Assembly (NCBI RefSeq): GCF_035996765.1
Contig: NZ_DASYJG010000061.1
Span: 12,948-76,947 of the forward strand
DNA from: Baekduia sp.
GTDB lineage: Bacteria > Actinomycetota > Thermoleophilia > Solirubrobacterales > Solirubrobacteraceae
Direction of reading: 5' to 3'
Length of the DNA stretch: 64,000 nt
How positions within the stretch are numbered: position 1 is the first letter of the stretch; the number at the start of each line of letters is the position of its first letter. The notes beneath the pieces are model-generated. The model did no database searches. It had not been told where the DNA came from and worked only from the letters and a program-made list of their open reading frames with translations. The translations under genes and the position numbers were made by a program. This document shows, piece by piece, positions 46,427 to 58,442 of the stretch.

Positions 46427-47563
46427 ATGCCTTCCGAGACCGCCGCCACCTCCGTTGCGCCCCACGGCCTGCAGGACTACATGCCGCTCAACGGCATCGA
46501 CCACGTGGAGCTCTTCGTGGGCAACGCCAAGCAGGCTGCGTTCTTCTACACGCGCGCCTACGGCTTCAAGCTGGTGGCCTACTCGGGGCTGGAGACCGGC
46601 GCGCGCGACCGCGCCTCCTACGTCGTCCAGCAGGGCCGCATCCGCCTGGTCCTCACCGGCGCGCTGCACTCCGACTCCCCCATCGCCGAGCATCACCGCC
46701 ACCACGGTGATGGGGTCAAGGTGATTGCTTTGAGCGTTCCTGACGTCGACCACGCCTGGCGCGAGGCGACGACGCGCGGCGCCGAAGGCGTCGTCGAGCC
46801 GCACGACAGCAGCGACGAGCACGGCACCGTGCGGATGGCCACCATCAAGACCTACGGCGAGACGCTGCACACGTTCGTCGCTCGCGGCGACTACAAGGGC
46901 GCGTTCCTGCCCGGCTACGAGACCCGCGAGGACGGCTCGCCAGAAGACGATCCCGCCCACCCCATGCTCCTCGCCATCGACCACATCGTCGGCAACGTCG
47001 AGCACATGGACCCATGGGTGTCGTTCTACGAGGACGTCTTCAACATGAAGGAGATGCTCCACTTCACCGACGAGGCGATCTCGACCGAGTACTCCGCCTT
47101 GATGTCGAAGGTCGTCGCCGACGGCAAGGGCGTCGTCAAGTTCCCCATCAACGAGCCGGCCGAGGGCAAGCGCAAGTCGCAGATCGAGGAGTACCTGGAG
47201 TTCTACGAGGGTCCGGGCGCCCAGCACCTCGCGGTCGCCACGCGCGACATCGTCAACACCGTCGCCGAGATGCGCCGCCGCGGCGTCGAGTTCCTCGACA
47301 TCCCGGCCTCCTACTACGAGGACGCGCCGATCCGCGTCCCGGAGGTCGCGCCGATCATCGACGACCTGCGCACCCAGGGCATCCTGGTCGACCGTGACGA
47401 CGAGGGCTACCTCCTGCAGATCTTCACCAAGCCGATCGGCGACCGCCCAACCGTCTTCCTCGAGGTCATCGAACGCCACGGCGCCCGCGGCTTCGGCGAC
47501 GGCAACTTCAAGGCGCTCTTCGAGGCCCTGGAGCGCGAGCAGGACCGGCGTGGGAACCTCTGA
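46427..47563 (+). CDS. hppD: 4-hydroxyphenylpyruvate dioxygenase
   Basis: IDHIVGNV, SALMSKV, FPINEP, GAQH, GYLLQIFT, GFG.GNFKALFE. Confidence 0.96.
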   Translation: MPSETAATSVAPHGLQDYMPLNGIDHVELFVGNAKQAAFFYTRAYGFKLVAYSGLETGARDRASYVVQQGRIRLVLTGALHSDSPIAEHHRHHGDGVKVIALSVPDVDHAWREATTRGAEGVVEPHDSSDEHGTVRMATIKTYGETLHTFVARGDYKGAFLPGYETREDGSPEDDPAHPMLLAIDHIVGNVEHMDPWVSFYEDVFNMKEMLHFTDEAISTEYSALMSKVVADGKGVVKFPINEPAEGKRKSQIEEYLEFYEGPGAQHLAVATRDIVNTVAEMRRRGVEFLDIPASYYEDAPIRVPEVAPIIDDLRTQGILVDRDDEGYLLQIFTKPIGDRPTVFLEVIERHGARGFGDGNFKALFEALEREQDRRGNL

Positions 47564-47566
47564 GCC

Positions 47567-48751
47567 ATGCGCTACGTCACCCTCGGCGACGTCCCCCGCA
47601 AGCGCCACATCCAGGTGCGGCGCAACGGCGCGGGCTCACCGCTGCTGACCGAGGAGGTCCTCGGCTACGAGGGCTTCAGCGGCAACGAGACGATCCTCTA
47701 CCACCTGCACTCGCCCTGCCGGCTGTCGGAGGTCGGCGGCTTCGCCCCGATCCGTCGCGAGGAGTGGGTGCCTGACGCCCATGTCCACCGACTCGCCGAC
47801 ATCAACGGCGCACCCGCAGGCGGCGACCCCGTCGCCGGGCGCCAGCTGTTGATGTACAACAATGACATCGAGGTCTCGGTCGCCAAGCCGACGGAGTCTC
47901 AGGAGGGCTTTCATCGCAACGGCGAGGGCGACGAGGTCATCTACGTCCACCGCGGCAGCGGCAAGCTGCGCACGAACTTCGGGCCCGTCCTCTTCCGGGA
48001 GCGCGACTACGTCGTCATCCCGCGCGGGACGACCTACCGCTTCGAGCCCGATCCTGGCGTGGAGCAGTTCTGGATCTGCTTCCACACGCCCGGCGAGATC
48101 GAGACGCCCAACCGCTATCGCAACCGCTACGGCCAACTTCTGGAGCACGCGCCGTACTCCCAGCGCGACTTCCACGGGCCGATCGAGTTGGAGACCCATG
48201 ACGAGGAGGGCGAGTTCACCCTCGACGTCCGCGTCCGCGGCGGTGTCCAGCGCTATCTCCTGGATCGCCATCCGTTCGACGTCGTCGGCTGGGACGGCTA
48301 CGTGTTCCCCTACACCTTCAACGCCGATGACTTCGAGCCGCGCGCCGGGCGCTTCCACCTCCCTCCGCCGGCCCATCAGACCTTCCAAGGGCCGAACTTC
48401 GTCATCTGCACCTTCGCCCCGCGAATGCTCGACTGGGATCCCGAAGCCGTTCCGATCCCCTACCACCACTCGAACATCCAGTCCGAGGAGGTGATGTTCT
48501 ACGCCGCCGGCGACTACGCGGCGCGCAAGGGCGTCGACGTCGGCTGCCTCACGCTGCACCCCTCCGGCCTGCCCCATGGCCCGCAACCGGGCACCGTCGA
48601 GAAGGCGCTGGGCATGACGCACACCAACGAGCTCGCGGTCATGTGGGACACCTTCAAGCCGCTGAAGCTGGCGGCGCTGTGGCGCGATCACGACGATCCG
48701 TCCTACGCGTATTCGTGGAACCCGGACCGCGAGGCCGCCCAGCCGCGATGA
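47567..48751 (+). CDS. hmgA: Homogentisate 1,2-dioxygenase
   Basis: HPFDVVGWDG, H.PPP.H.TF, PY.HSN, TLHP.G.PHGP; follows hppD. Confidence 0.92.
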   Translation: MRYVTLGDVPRKRHIQVRRNGAGSPLLTEEVLGYEGFSGNETILYHLHSPCRLSEVGGFAPIRREEWVPDAHVHRLADINGAPAGGDPVAGRQLLMYNNDIEVSVAKPTESQEGFHRNGEGDEVIYVHRGSGKLRTNFGPVLFRERDYVVIPRGTTYRFEPDPGVEQFWICFHTPGEIETPNRYRNRYGQLLEHAPYSQRDFHGPIELETHDEEGEFTLDVRVRGGVQRYLLDRHPFDVVGWDGYVFPYTFNADDFEPRAGRFHLPPPAHQTFQGPNFVICTFAPRMLDWDPEAVPIPYHHSNIQSEEVMFYAAGDYAARKGVDVGCLTLHPSGLPHGPQPGTVEKALGMTHTNELAVMWDTFKPLKLAALWRDHDDPSYAYSWNPDREAAQPR

Positions 48752-48761
48752 TGGGCGGGCC

Positions 48762-49391
48762 GTGGCCGCCCCGCCGCTCTTCGCGCTGGAGGATGTGACC
48801 GTCGCGGGCGCCGAGCGCCCGCGGCTGACCGGCGTCTCGCTCGCCCTGCACGACGGCGGCATCACGGTGCTCCAGGGGCCATCGGGCTCGGGGAAGTCGA
48901 CGCTGCTGCGGCTGCTCAACCGGCTGGAGGCACCCGACGCCGGGACCGTGCGCTACCGCGGCGACGACCTCGCCGCGCGCGACGTGCTCGCCCACCGGCG
49001 CGAGGTCGGGATGGTCTTCCAGGCGCCGGTCCTCTTCCCCGGGACCATCGCCGACAACCTCGCGGTCGCCCAGCCGCTCGACCCGCCCGAGCTGCTGCTC
49101 GAGCACGCCGGGCTTCCTGCGTCTTTTCTGACGCGCGAGGCCGGCACGCTGTCGGGCGGCGAGGCCCAGCGCGCATGCCTGGCGCGCGCGCTCGGGACGC
49201 GCCCGCGCGTGCTGTTGATGGACGAACCGACGTCGGCGCTCGACCACGAGGCGGCGCTGGTGATCGAGCGCCTTGCGCGGACGCTGGCCGATGAGGGCGT
49301 CCCGATCGTCCTGGTCACCCACGACCGCGAGCAGGCGACGCGGCTGGGCGACCGCGTGGTCGTGCTGGACGAGGGGAGGCTCACGCCATGA
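48762..49391 (+). CDS. ABC ATP-binding protein (FetA/STAR1-like)
   Basis: GPSGSGKS, LSGGE, LLMDEPT, VTHD. Confidence 0.9.
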   Translation: MAAPPLFALEDVTVAGAERPRLTGVSLALHDGGITVLQGPSGSGKSTLLRLLNRLEAPDAGTVRYRGDDLAARDVLAHRREVGMVFQAPVLFPGTIADNLAVAQPLDPPELLLEHAGLPASFLTREAGTLSGGEAQRACLARALGTRPRVLLMDEPTSALDHEAALVIERLARTLADEGVPIVLVTHDREQATRLGDRVVVLDEGRLTP

Positions 49392-49460
49392 GCGGCGATG
49401 TGAGCGACCGCAACGCCGCTCGGCGCGGCGGGAGGCTCGTCCCGTGAGCGGCGATGTGAG
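49388..49460 (+). repeat. MIRU-like intercistronic unit with a 19-codon mini-ORF
   Basis: 16-bp direct repeat TGAGCGGCGATGTGAG at 49389-49404 and 49445-49460; mini-ORF 49388-49447. Confidence 0.75.
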
Positions 49461-50232
49461 TTGGTGGGGTCTTGCCGCCTCCCTGATCATGATCGCCGCC
49501 GTCGCGCTGCTCTCCTGGCGCCAGAAGCTGCGGCTGGAGCGCGACCTGGCGATCGCGGTCGGGCGCTCGCTGACGCAGATGCTGCTCGTCGGGGCGGCGC
49601 TCGGGCTGATCGTCGACCGAGGCACCTGGATCGGCTGGTCGTTCTTGTGGGTCGCCGGGATGGTGGTCTTCGCGGCCGTGACCGTCAGCCGGCGCGCGCC
49701 GATGCTGCCGGGCGTCCTCGGCGTGGCATTCGTCGCGATGGCCGCCAGCGCCGTCGCCGGCCTCGGCCTGCTGTTTGCCCTCGGGATCTTCCCCGTGAGT
49801 GGCCGGACCGTCGTGCCGGTCGCCGGCATGGTCCTCGGCAACTCGCTGGCCGCCGGCGTCCTGACGATCCGGCGCCTGGTCGAGGCGATCGCCGAGCGCC
49901 GCGCCGACCTCGAGGCAAGGCTGGCGCTCGGTCTGCCATGGCAGCACGCCGTCCGCCCCACCGTCCGGCAGGTGCTGCGCACCGGGATCGCACCCGACGT
50001 CGAGCGGCTGAAGGCGCTCGGCATCGTCGTGCTGCCGGGCGCGATGACCGGCCTGATCCTGGCCGGCGTCGACCCGCTCGACGCCGTCCGCGTGCAGCTC
50101 GCGTTGTTGTATGTGATCCTCGGATCCGTCACGACGACGGCCAGCGTGATCGCGCTGCTCGGCACGCGGCGGCTGTTCACCGCCGACCATCGACTGGTCC
50201 CGCTTGCCCGCAGCGCCGAGGACGAGGGCTAA
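49444..50232 (+). CDS. ABC permease (FetB/STAR2, UPF0014)
   Basis: R...Q.LLVG, P..GM.LGNS, EARLALG, G.V.LPG.MTG.ILAG.DP..AV..Q. Confidence 0.9.
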   Translation: MSGDVSWWGLAASLIMIAAVALLSWRQKLRLERDLAIAVGRSLTQMLLVGAALGLIVDRGTWIGWSFLWVAGMVVFAAVTVSRRAPMLPGVLGVAFVAMAASAVAGLGLLFALGIFPVSGRTVVPVAGMVLGNSLAAGVLTIRRLVEAIAERRADLEARLALGLPWQHAVRPTVRQVLRTGIAPDVERLKALGIVVLPGAMTGLILAGVDPLDAVRVQLALLYVILGSVTTTASVIALLGTRRLFTADHRLVPLARSAEDEG

Positions 50233-50242
50233 GGTCGACACC

Positions 50243-51223
50243 ATGAACTTCACGTGGGAGGACGGCGAGCGGACGATCCGCTTCGGCCGCGGCACGATCG
50301 CCGACGCACCGGAGCTCCTGGGCGACGACTACATCTTGCTCACCACCGAGCGCGCCGAGACCGCGACGCCCGACGTCGTGGCGCGCGCGCAGGCCGTCCA
50401 CCACGTCGGCCCAGGCCTGGTCGACGAGCTCGCCGCCGATCTCCACGGCGCGATCGGCAACGCGACGCTGATCGTCGCGCTCGGCGGCGGCCGCGTCGTC
50501 GACGTCGCCAAGGCGCTGGCCGGCACGCGCGACGGCGTCCGCGCCGCCGCGATCCCGACGACGCTCAGCGCCGCGGAGATGACGAGGATCCACCGCAAGC
50601 CGGCAGGCCACGAGGAGACCGCGCGCAACGTCCGCCCGGCGATCGTCATCAATGACCCCGACCTGTCGGCCTCGCAGCCCGTCTCCGAGCTCGCCGCGTC
50701 CTCGGCCAACGCACTGGCCCACGCGGTCGAGGCGCCGGTGACCATCTACGCCTCGACGGTCCCGACGCTGGCCGCGCGCGAGGCGATCCGCCTCATCGAC
50801 GTCGCCTGGCTCGTCGAGGGCGAAGACCCCTCCTACGTCGGCCGCGAGCAGCTCGCACACGCCGCGCTGCTCAGCGGTTACGGGATCGACGCGGCGCGGT
50901 ATGGCCTCAGCCACGTCCTCAGCCAGACGCTGGTCCGCGTCGGCGGCGCCGGACACGGCCAGGCCAACGCCGCGATCCTGCCCGCCGCTATCGCCGCCCT
51001 GGAGCGCCGCAACCCCGGCCGCGTGGACCCCGACGGCACGCTCGGCGAATTGGCTCGCCGCCTGGCCCGCCGCGCCGGCGCCGACGGCATCCGCCGCCTG
51101 GGCGTCCCTGAGGACCGCCTCGACGCCTGCGCTGACGCCGCCACCCAGCGCCAAGACCTCGCCTTCACGCCACCGGCCGCGGATCGTGACGAGCTCCGCG
51201 CGCTCTACGCCGAGGCGTGGTGA
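50243..51223 (+). CDS. Iron-containing alcohol dehydrogenase family (maleylacetate reductase-like)
   Basis: ALGGG.V.D.AK, IPTT.S.AEMT, NALAHAVEA, GL.H. Confidence 0.85.
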   Translation: MNFTWEDGERTIRFGRGTIADAPELLGDDYILLTTERAETATPDVVARAQAVHHVGPGLVDELAADLHGAIGNATLIVALGGGRVVDVAKALAGTRDGVRAAAIPTTLSAAEMTRIHRKPAGHEETARNVRPAIVINDPDLSASQPVSELAASSANALAHAVEAPVTIYASTVPTLAAREAIRLIDVAWLVEGEDPSYVGREQLAHAALLSGYGIDAARYGLSHVLSQTLVRVGGAGHGQANAAILPAAIAALERRNPGRVDPDGTLGELARRLARRAGADGIRRLGVPEDRLDACADAATQRQDLAFTPPAADRDELRALYAEAW

Positions 51224-51276
51224 ATCTTCTGTAAGCGGTGCATTGAAGTGAACCACTCATGGGTAGGCTGCCGCCC

Positions 51277-51714
51277 ATGACCGACCAGAGCTTCGCGCCA
51301 CCGTCTGCCGGCGCCCCGCCCACGAGCACCACCACCACCACCTCCACCCGCGCAGGCTTCTGGATCCGCTTCGGCGCCTCGCTGATCGACGGCATCCTGA
51401 TCTCGATCATCACCGTGCCGCTCCAAGTGGGCCTCCACGGCGCCGGCTACGGGCTGGCGCTGCTGGTCGGCATCGCCTACTACACCTACTGCGAAGGCAG
51501 CGACCGCGGCCAGACGATCGGCAAGTCGGCCTGCGGCATCCGCGTACGCTCAATCGCCGGCGGCCCCATCGGCTACACGCGCGGCTTCCTGCGCTACATC
51601 GGCCGGATCCTCTCGACGATCCCGATCTTCCTGGGCTACTTCTGGATGATCTGGGATCCGCAGAAGCAGACCTGGCACGACAAGATCGCCAACTCGGTCG
51701 TCGTCCCGCAGTAG
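51277..51714 (+). CDS. RDD family membrane protein
   Basis: AGFW.R..A.LID, GQT.GK, Q.WHDK.A. Confidence 0.92.
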   Translation: MTDQSFAPPSAGAPPTSTTTTTSTRAGFWIRFGASLIDGILISIITVPLQVGLHGAGYGLALLVGIAYYTYCEGSDRGQTIGKSACGIRVRSIAGGPIGYTRGFLRYIGRILSTIPIFLGYFWMIWDPQKQTWHDKIANSVVVPQ

Positions 51715-51792
51715 CGGCGACCAGCGGTAGCGCGCTAGCTGATCAACCGCGGTCGCGCCGACGACCTTCTTCCGGTCCTTTGGACCGGTGTC

Positions 51793-52026
51793 CTACTTGG
51801 CGACCCGCAACAAGATGATCGTGTTCACGGCGAACAGCACCGCGAAGAAGATCGTCCAACGGTTCAGGTTGCGCTCTACGAGCGACCCGCCGCCCAGCGA
51901 ACCCTGACCCGAGCCGACGCCGAACGCGCCCGACAACCCCGCGTCCTTCCCGGAGTGCATGAGCACCAGGAAGATCAGGACGATGCAGATGGCGACCTGC
52001 ACGACGGAGAGGATCGTTTCGAGCAT
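51793..52026 (-). CDS. secG: Preprotein translocase subunit SecG
   Basis: LVLMH.GK..GLS..FG..GS..VERNL.R.T; two TM helices. Confidence 0.92.
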   Translation of the reverse strand: MLETILSVVQVAICIVLIFLVLMHSGKDAGLSGAFGVGSGQGSLGGGSLVERNLNRWTIFFAVLFAVNTIILLRVAK

Positions 52027-52039
52027 GACCCGTCCAATG

Positions 52040-52333
52040 CTAGTCGCCGGAGGCGCCGAGCGCATCTAAGCGCCGCAGCAGCTCGACGGCCTCAGCGCGC
52101 AGCTGGCGGTCGATCGCCTTGTAGTCCTCTTCTGACAGCTTGCCGGTGCGGTAGTCCATCTCGGCCTCGCGGATCTCGCGGTAGCGGGCCTCCTTGGCCG
52201 CCTCGAGATCCTCCAGCTGCCCTTGGTGGACCGCGTCGTCAGCCTCGGCCCGGCCGCCGCGCAGCGGCCCGGCCACGACCCATCCGGCCGCGCTCGCCGC
52301 CACCAACACCCCCACCACCGCCAGCACGTCCAT
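52040..52333 (-). CDS. Small membrane protein resembling the CcmI N-terminal region
   Basis: N-terminal TM, then KEA.Y.EIRE.E.D...GKLSEEDY; downstream of ccmF. Confidence 0.65.
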   Translation of the reverse strand: MDVLAVVGVLVAASAAGWVVAGPLRGGRAEADDAVHQGQLEDLEAAKEARYREIREAEMDYRTGKLSEEDYKAIDRQLRAEAVELLRRLDALGASGD

Positions 52334-52356
52334 CAGGCTCGGCGGCCGGCGCGCGG

Positions 52357-54570
<2,214 letters not shown>

Positions 54571-54577
54571 CGAAGGC

Positions 54578-54988
54578 TCAGGTCTTCTGCGTCTTGGACT
54601 GCTCTTGGAACTTCGACGGGCACTTGGTCACGAGCGAGTCCTTCTCGCCCACGAACGTGGTGCCCTGGCGCTTCACGGTCACGATGACCTCGCGGCCGGC
54701 GCGGAACGTGTCGGCGACCGAGCCCGTGTAACGGATAGGCACCGAAGCGGTGCCGTTGCGATCGCGGACGCGGAACTCGTAGGTCGTCCCGTGCTTGATG
54801 ATCGAGTTGTCGACGACCTTGCCGGTCAGCTGGTAGCTGCGGCCGAGATCGGAGCTCGCAAGAAGCTGGGACGGTGAGCGCGCCTCGCTCGAGGCGCTGA
54901 AGCTGGTGTAGACGAGCGCGGCCGCAAGGACGACGGCGGCGCTCAACGCCACGACCAGTCGTACGCGGCGCTTGCGTGCAGGGTCCAT
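54578..54988 (-). CDS. ccmE: Heme chaperone CcmE (Cys variant)
   Basis: N-terminal TM, L.G.V, Y.G...D.F..G, KCPSKF. Confidence 0.88.
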   Translation of the reverse strand: MDPARKRRVRLVVALSAAVVLAAALVYTSFSASSEARSPSQLLASSDLGRSYQLTGKVVDNSIIKHGTTYEFRVRDRNGTASVPIRYTGSVADTFRAGREVIVTVKRQGTTFVGEKDSLVTKCPSKFQEQSKTQKT

Positions 54989-55154
54989 CGCGACGCAGTA
55001 TCGCAGCCTCGGCGGCTTCACCGCGCCACCCCGACCCGCCCAACCGTGGTTAGGGCAGGCGTCCAGTGGTGCTCAAGCGCCAAGTTGGTCCGACGATGAC
55101 CAAGAGCGAAACCTCCGGGCGCCACCGGTGTCTCTGGAGGTGCAGACCATCACC

Positions 55155-55448
55155 ATGCGCGTCCGCCCCCTCGCCCCCACCGAACGCCGAGCACGCAGCG
55201 AGCGTCGCCCGCACATCTTCGGGCGACCGGTCAACGAGGTGGAGACCGCGCCGCCCGCCCCCGCGGCGGCGCCCGAGCAGCCGGCAGCGCCCGAGCCGGT
55301 CGACGAGCATCTGGCCGAACGGCGCCATCGCGCCTCGGTCACCCCGGAGGACACCGCGCTCTACGGCTGCTCCTGCGGATTTCAGTTCCAGGCGCCGGTC
55401 TCGACCTCGGTCTGCTGCCCGCACTGCGGGACGGGCCAGGCCTGGTAG
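55155..55448 (+). CDS. Small hypothetical zinc-ribbon protein
   Basis: Y.CSCG..F...VSTSV.CPHCG..QAW; start uncertain. Confidence 0.7.
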   Translation: MRVRPLAPTERRARSERRPHIFGRPVNEVETAPPAPAAAPEQPAAPEPVDEHLAERRHRASVTPEDTALYGCSCGFQFQAPVSTSVCCPHCGTGQAW

Positions 55449-55466
55449 CCGCGGAACGCTCGACCG

Positions 55467-56696
55467 TCAGCGGCGAGGGATCCTGAAGCTGGCACTGCGC
55501 GTGCTGTCGACGCCGGTGCTCCTGGCCATCGTCAGGCGAATCTCATAGCTCCCGGGCTTGAGCTTGCGCGCCCCGAACCGGAACGTCCGGCTGTTGCCGC
55601 CCGACGACGCCGGGGTGACCGAGAAGCCCACGCGGCCGTGGCGCAGACGGTAGAGCGAGGCCTTGGACGGCACGTCCGGCCAGTAACGGCCCGACACCAC
55701 AAAGCGATGCCGGCGAGCGCGCTTGGCATGTGCGGCGACCGATGCGAAGACCCGCACCTGCACGGTGTTGGCCGGGCCGGGCGCCTGGTAGCCCACGGCC
55801 GACACCCCATACTTCGCGCTCCCGAGTGCCTGGACGGTGAAGGTGTAGGCGCCCTGGGCGTCGGTGGCCCCCGCTGCGCCCGGAACCGCCGCGAACGGCG
55901 CGACGAACGGGAACGGTTGCTGCTGCAACGCGACCGCCAGGCCCGGCGCGAGGGGGATCGTGCCCGTCACGGTCACCCGGCTGCCGTACGCGACCGAGTT
56001 GGCCGAGATGGCCGGCCGCGGCATCGCGACCAACGGGAGCGTCCGGAACGTGCCGCGCGTGACATCGGCGCCACCGGCGCTCGTTCCGGTCACGCTCCAG
56101 CGGTACGCCGTGCTCGGCTGTAAGCCGGCCACCGGCAGTGCGGCGTCGCCGTCGGCCGTAACGGTCAGCGGGCCGCTCGGAAGGACGACGCCACCCAAGG
56201 AGACGGTCGACGCCGTCAGCGTGACCGGAACGCCGTAGCCCAAGACCCTGACGTGCAGTGTGGCCGAGAACTGCGTGATGTCGGTCTCCGCCGCTGGGCC
56301 GAGGCGAGGGACGCGCGGCGTGTCGAACTCCACCATGTCGCCGTACTCGCCGCCCGCCGAGTTAGAGACGTAGACAGCGGCGAAGTAATGCCGGCCGGCC
56401 ACCAGCGCGGTCACCGGCACGGTGAAGGGGATCGCGGTGGCACCGGAGCCGACGGCGACGTCGGGCGTCGACTGCAACAGGTCCTCGGTGATGCCGTACT
56501 CGATGTGTGCGATCGTCGGGAGGCCGTGCGGGTTGAGCGTCGCCTGGAAGGTGGCGGTCGTCCCCGTGATCGCGGTGACGCCCAGGGTGTCGGCCGTTGC
56601 CGCTGACGGGGTGTCCGCCCATGTCGCGGCCGGTGCCACCAGGGCGAGAACGACGAGCGCGAGCAGAACCGCGCAGGACACCGGAGTGCGGAGCAT
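55467..56696 (-). CDS. Secreted protein with FN3-like domains
   Basis: Signal peptide; AT...TLNP.G......EYG resembles the repeats in 35082-39317; basic C-terminus. Confidence 0.75.
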   Translation of the reverse strand: MLRTPVSCAVLLALVVLALVAPAATWADTPSAATADTLGVTAITGTTATFQATLNPHGLPTIAHIEYGITEDLLQSTPDVAVGSGATAIPFTVPVTALVAGRHYFAAVYVSNSAGGEYGDMVEFDTPRVPRLGPAAETDITQFSATLHVRVLGYGVPVTLTASTVSLGGVVLPSGPLTVTADGDAALPVAGLQPSTAYRWSVTGTSAGGADVTRGTFRTLPLVAMPRPAISANSVAYGSRVTVTGTIPLAPGLAVALQQQPFPFVAPFAAVPGAAGATDAQGAYTFTVQALGSAKYGVSAVGYQAPGPANTVQVRVFASVAAHAKRARRHRFVVSGRYWPDVPSKASLYRLRHGRVGFSVTPASSGGNSRTFRFGARKLKPGSYEIRLTMARSTGVDSTRSASFRIPRR

Positions 56697-56810
56697 CGCA
56701 CGAACGTACAGCGCTTAATATCGGCTGAGCAACGACCCGAAGGTCCAGGTCCGGGGCATCGTCGGTGACCGGCGTATGCGGCCTCACGAGTGATTTGCGA
56801 TGGTGCGGGC

Positions 56811-57470
56811 GTGAGCGAGCGCTATCCGCAACGGGCCTGGGCCCTTCCTGACACCGCGACCGAGGTGCTGCTGGTGCGCCACGGGGCGTCGCAGGACGCC
56901 GTTCCCGGCGAGCCGTTCGAGATGATCGACGGGCACTCCGATCCAGCCCTTTCGCCGATCGGTGAGCAGCAGGCTGCGCTGGTCGGCGCACGCTTGGCCG
57001 CCGACCCGCCGGACGCGCTCTTCGTCACCTCGCTGCAGCGGACGGCGCAGACCGCGGCGTCGCTGGTCGCCGCGACGGGCCTGGAGCCGACCGTGATCTC
57101 GGAGCTCTCGGAGGTCCGGCTCGGTGACTGGGAAGGGGGCGAGTTGCGGATCCGCACCGCCCACGGGGATCCGCTGGTCCGGACGATCTTCGAGGAGCAG
57201 CGCTGGGACGTCATCCCGGGCGCCGAGCCGATGGAGGAGTTCGCAGCGCGCACGCGCCGCGGCCTGGAGCGCGTCGTCGAGCTGACCGGCCCCGGCCGTG
57301 TCGCCGCCGCCTTCGTGCACGGCGGCGTCATCGGTGAGCTCGCTCGGCAGGCGACGGGGGCACCACGGCTGTCGTTCATCCACGCCGAGAACACCTCGAT
57401 CACGCGCCTCGTCGTCTTCGCCGACGGCCGCTGGCTCCTGCGCAGCTTCAACGACACCTCGCACTTGTAG
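56811..57470 (+). CDS. Histidine phosphatase family protein
   Basis: LVRHG, L.RT.QTA, E..LG.WEG, HGGVI, NDTSHL. Confidence 0.92.
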   Translation: MSERYPQRAWALPDTATEVLLVRHGASQDAVPGEPFEMIDGHSDPALSPIGEQQAALVGARLAADPPDALFVTSLQRTAQTAASLVAATGLEPTVISELSEVRLGDWEGGELRIRTAHGDPLVRTIFEEQRWDVIPGAEPMEEFAARTRRGLERVVELTGPGRVAAAFVHGGVIGELARQATGAPRLSFIHAENTSITRLVVFADGRWLLRSFNDTSHL

Positions 57471-57506
57471 GCGAGCCGCCGACCGCTCCACAGGGGGCGA
57501 GTTTCG

Positions 57507-57549
57507 AGTCGCTCGCACCTAGACGTTGAGATGCAACGTCTAGATGCGA
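57507..57549. repeat. Left palindrome of the AbiEi/DUF559 unit
   Basis: AGTCGC-TCGCACCTAGACGTTG-AGATG-CAACGTCTAGATGCGA; the ORF's ATG lies in the loop. Confidence 0.92.
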
Positions 57550-58442
57550 TCCGCGAGCTGGTCGCTCGGCAACACGGGGTGATCGCGCGGCGACAGCTGC
57601 TGGCGATCGGACTGAGCGCGGGCGGGATCGATCATTGGATGCGGAGCGGGAGGCTGATCGTCGTGCGCCGCGGCGTCTATGCCTTTGGGCACGCGGAGCT
57701 GCGGCGGCAAGGACATGTCCTTGCCGCGGTGCTCGCAGTCGGCGATGACGCCGTCCTCAGCCATCGAAGTGCGGCGCGGCAGTGGGGATTGCGGCCGTGG
57801 AGCGGGACGTTCGTGGAGATGTCCGTGCTGTCTCGCCGCGGGATCAGACCCAAGCGCGACCTGCGTGTCCACAACGCCACCGATCTGCATCCGTGGGAGA
57901 TCAGCGAGGACGAAAGTCTGCCGCTGACCACGCCCGCCCGAACGCTCCTCGACCTCGCCGCCGTCGTCCCGGCTCACCAGCTCCGGCGAGCCGTCGAGCG
58001 CGCCGAGCAACTAGAGATCTATGACCACACCGCCGTCCTGCGCGTGCTCGCGGCTCATCCGCGCCGCCCCGGCTCGCCGGCACTCAAGACGTTGTTGGCC
58101 GATCTCCACGACCACGGCACGACCTCGATGACCCGCAGCGATCTCGAAGCGCTCTTCCTTCAGCTCTGCCTCGACCACGGGCTCCCGCGCCCCCAGGTCA
58201 ACCACTACGACAACGGGCGCGAGCTCGACTTCCGCTGGCCGAAGCGACGGCTCGCCGTCGAGACCAATGGCTTCTGGGTCCACCGCTCCCGCGAGGCGTT
58301 CGAGAGCGACCACGAGCGGCGCCTAGAGCTCGAGGCCGCCGGCTGGCGCGTGATCTCGCTGACGTGGCGACAGGTCGTCGACCGGCCGGCCGCGATCGCC
58401 GCGCACATGCGCAGGGTGCTCGGTGAGGCCAATCGCACCTAG
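57531..58442 (+). CDS. AbiEi-antitoxin-like N-terminus plus DUF559/Vsr-like endonuclease domain
   Basis: A.RQHGVI.R.QL...G, RGVY, LSH.SAA..WG, TTPARTLLDLA, RS.LE, DF.W...LAVE.NG..H..D..R...L...GW.V. Confidence 0.88.
   Translation: MQRLDAIRELVARQHGVIARRQLLAIGLSAGGIDHWMRSGRLIVVRRGVYAFGHAELRRQGHVLAAVLAVGDDAVLSHRSAARQWGLRPWSGTFVEMSVLSRRGIRPKRDLRVHNATDLHPWEISEDESLPLTTPARTLLDLAAVVPAHQLRRAVERAEQLEIYDHTAVLRVLAAHPRRPGSPALKTLLADLHDHGTTSMTRSDLEALFLQLCLDHGLPRPQVNHYDNGRELDFRWPKRRLAVETNGFWVHRSREAFESDHERRLELEAAGWRVISLTWRQVVDRPAAIAAHMRRVLGEANRT

Noticed and set aside
56740-56752. AAGGTCCAGGTC shared with rnpB
   Set aside because: A 12-nt match is compatible with chance, and nothing else aligns.
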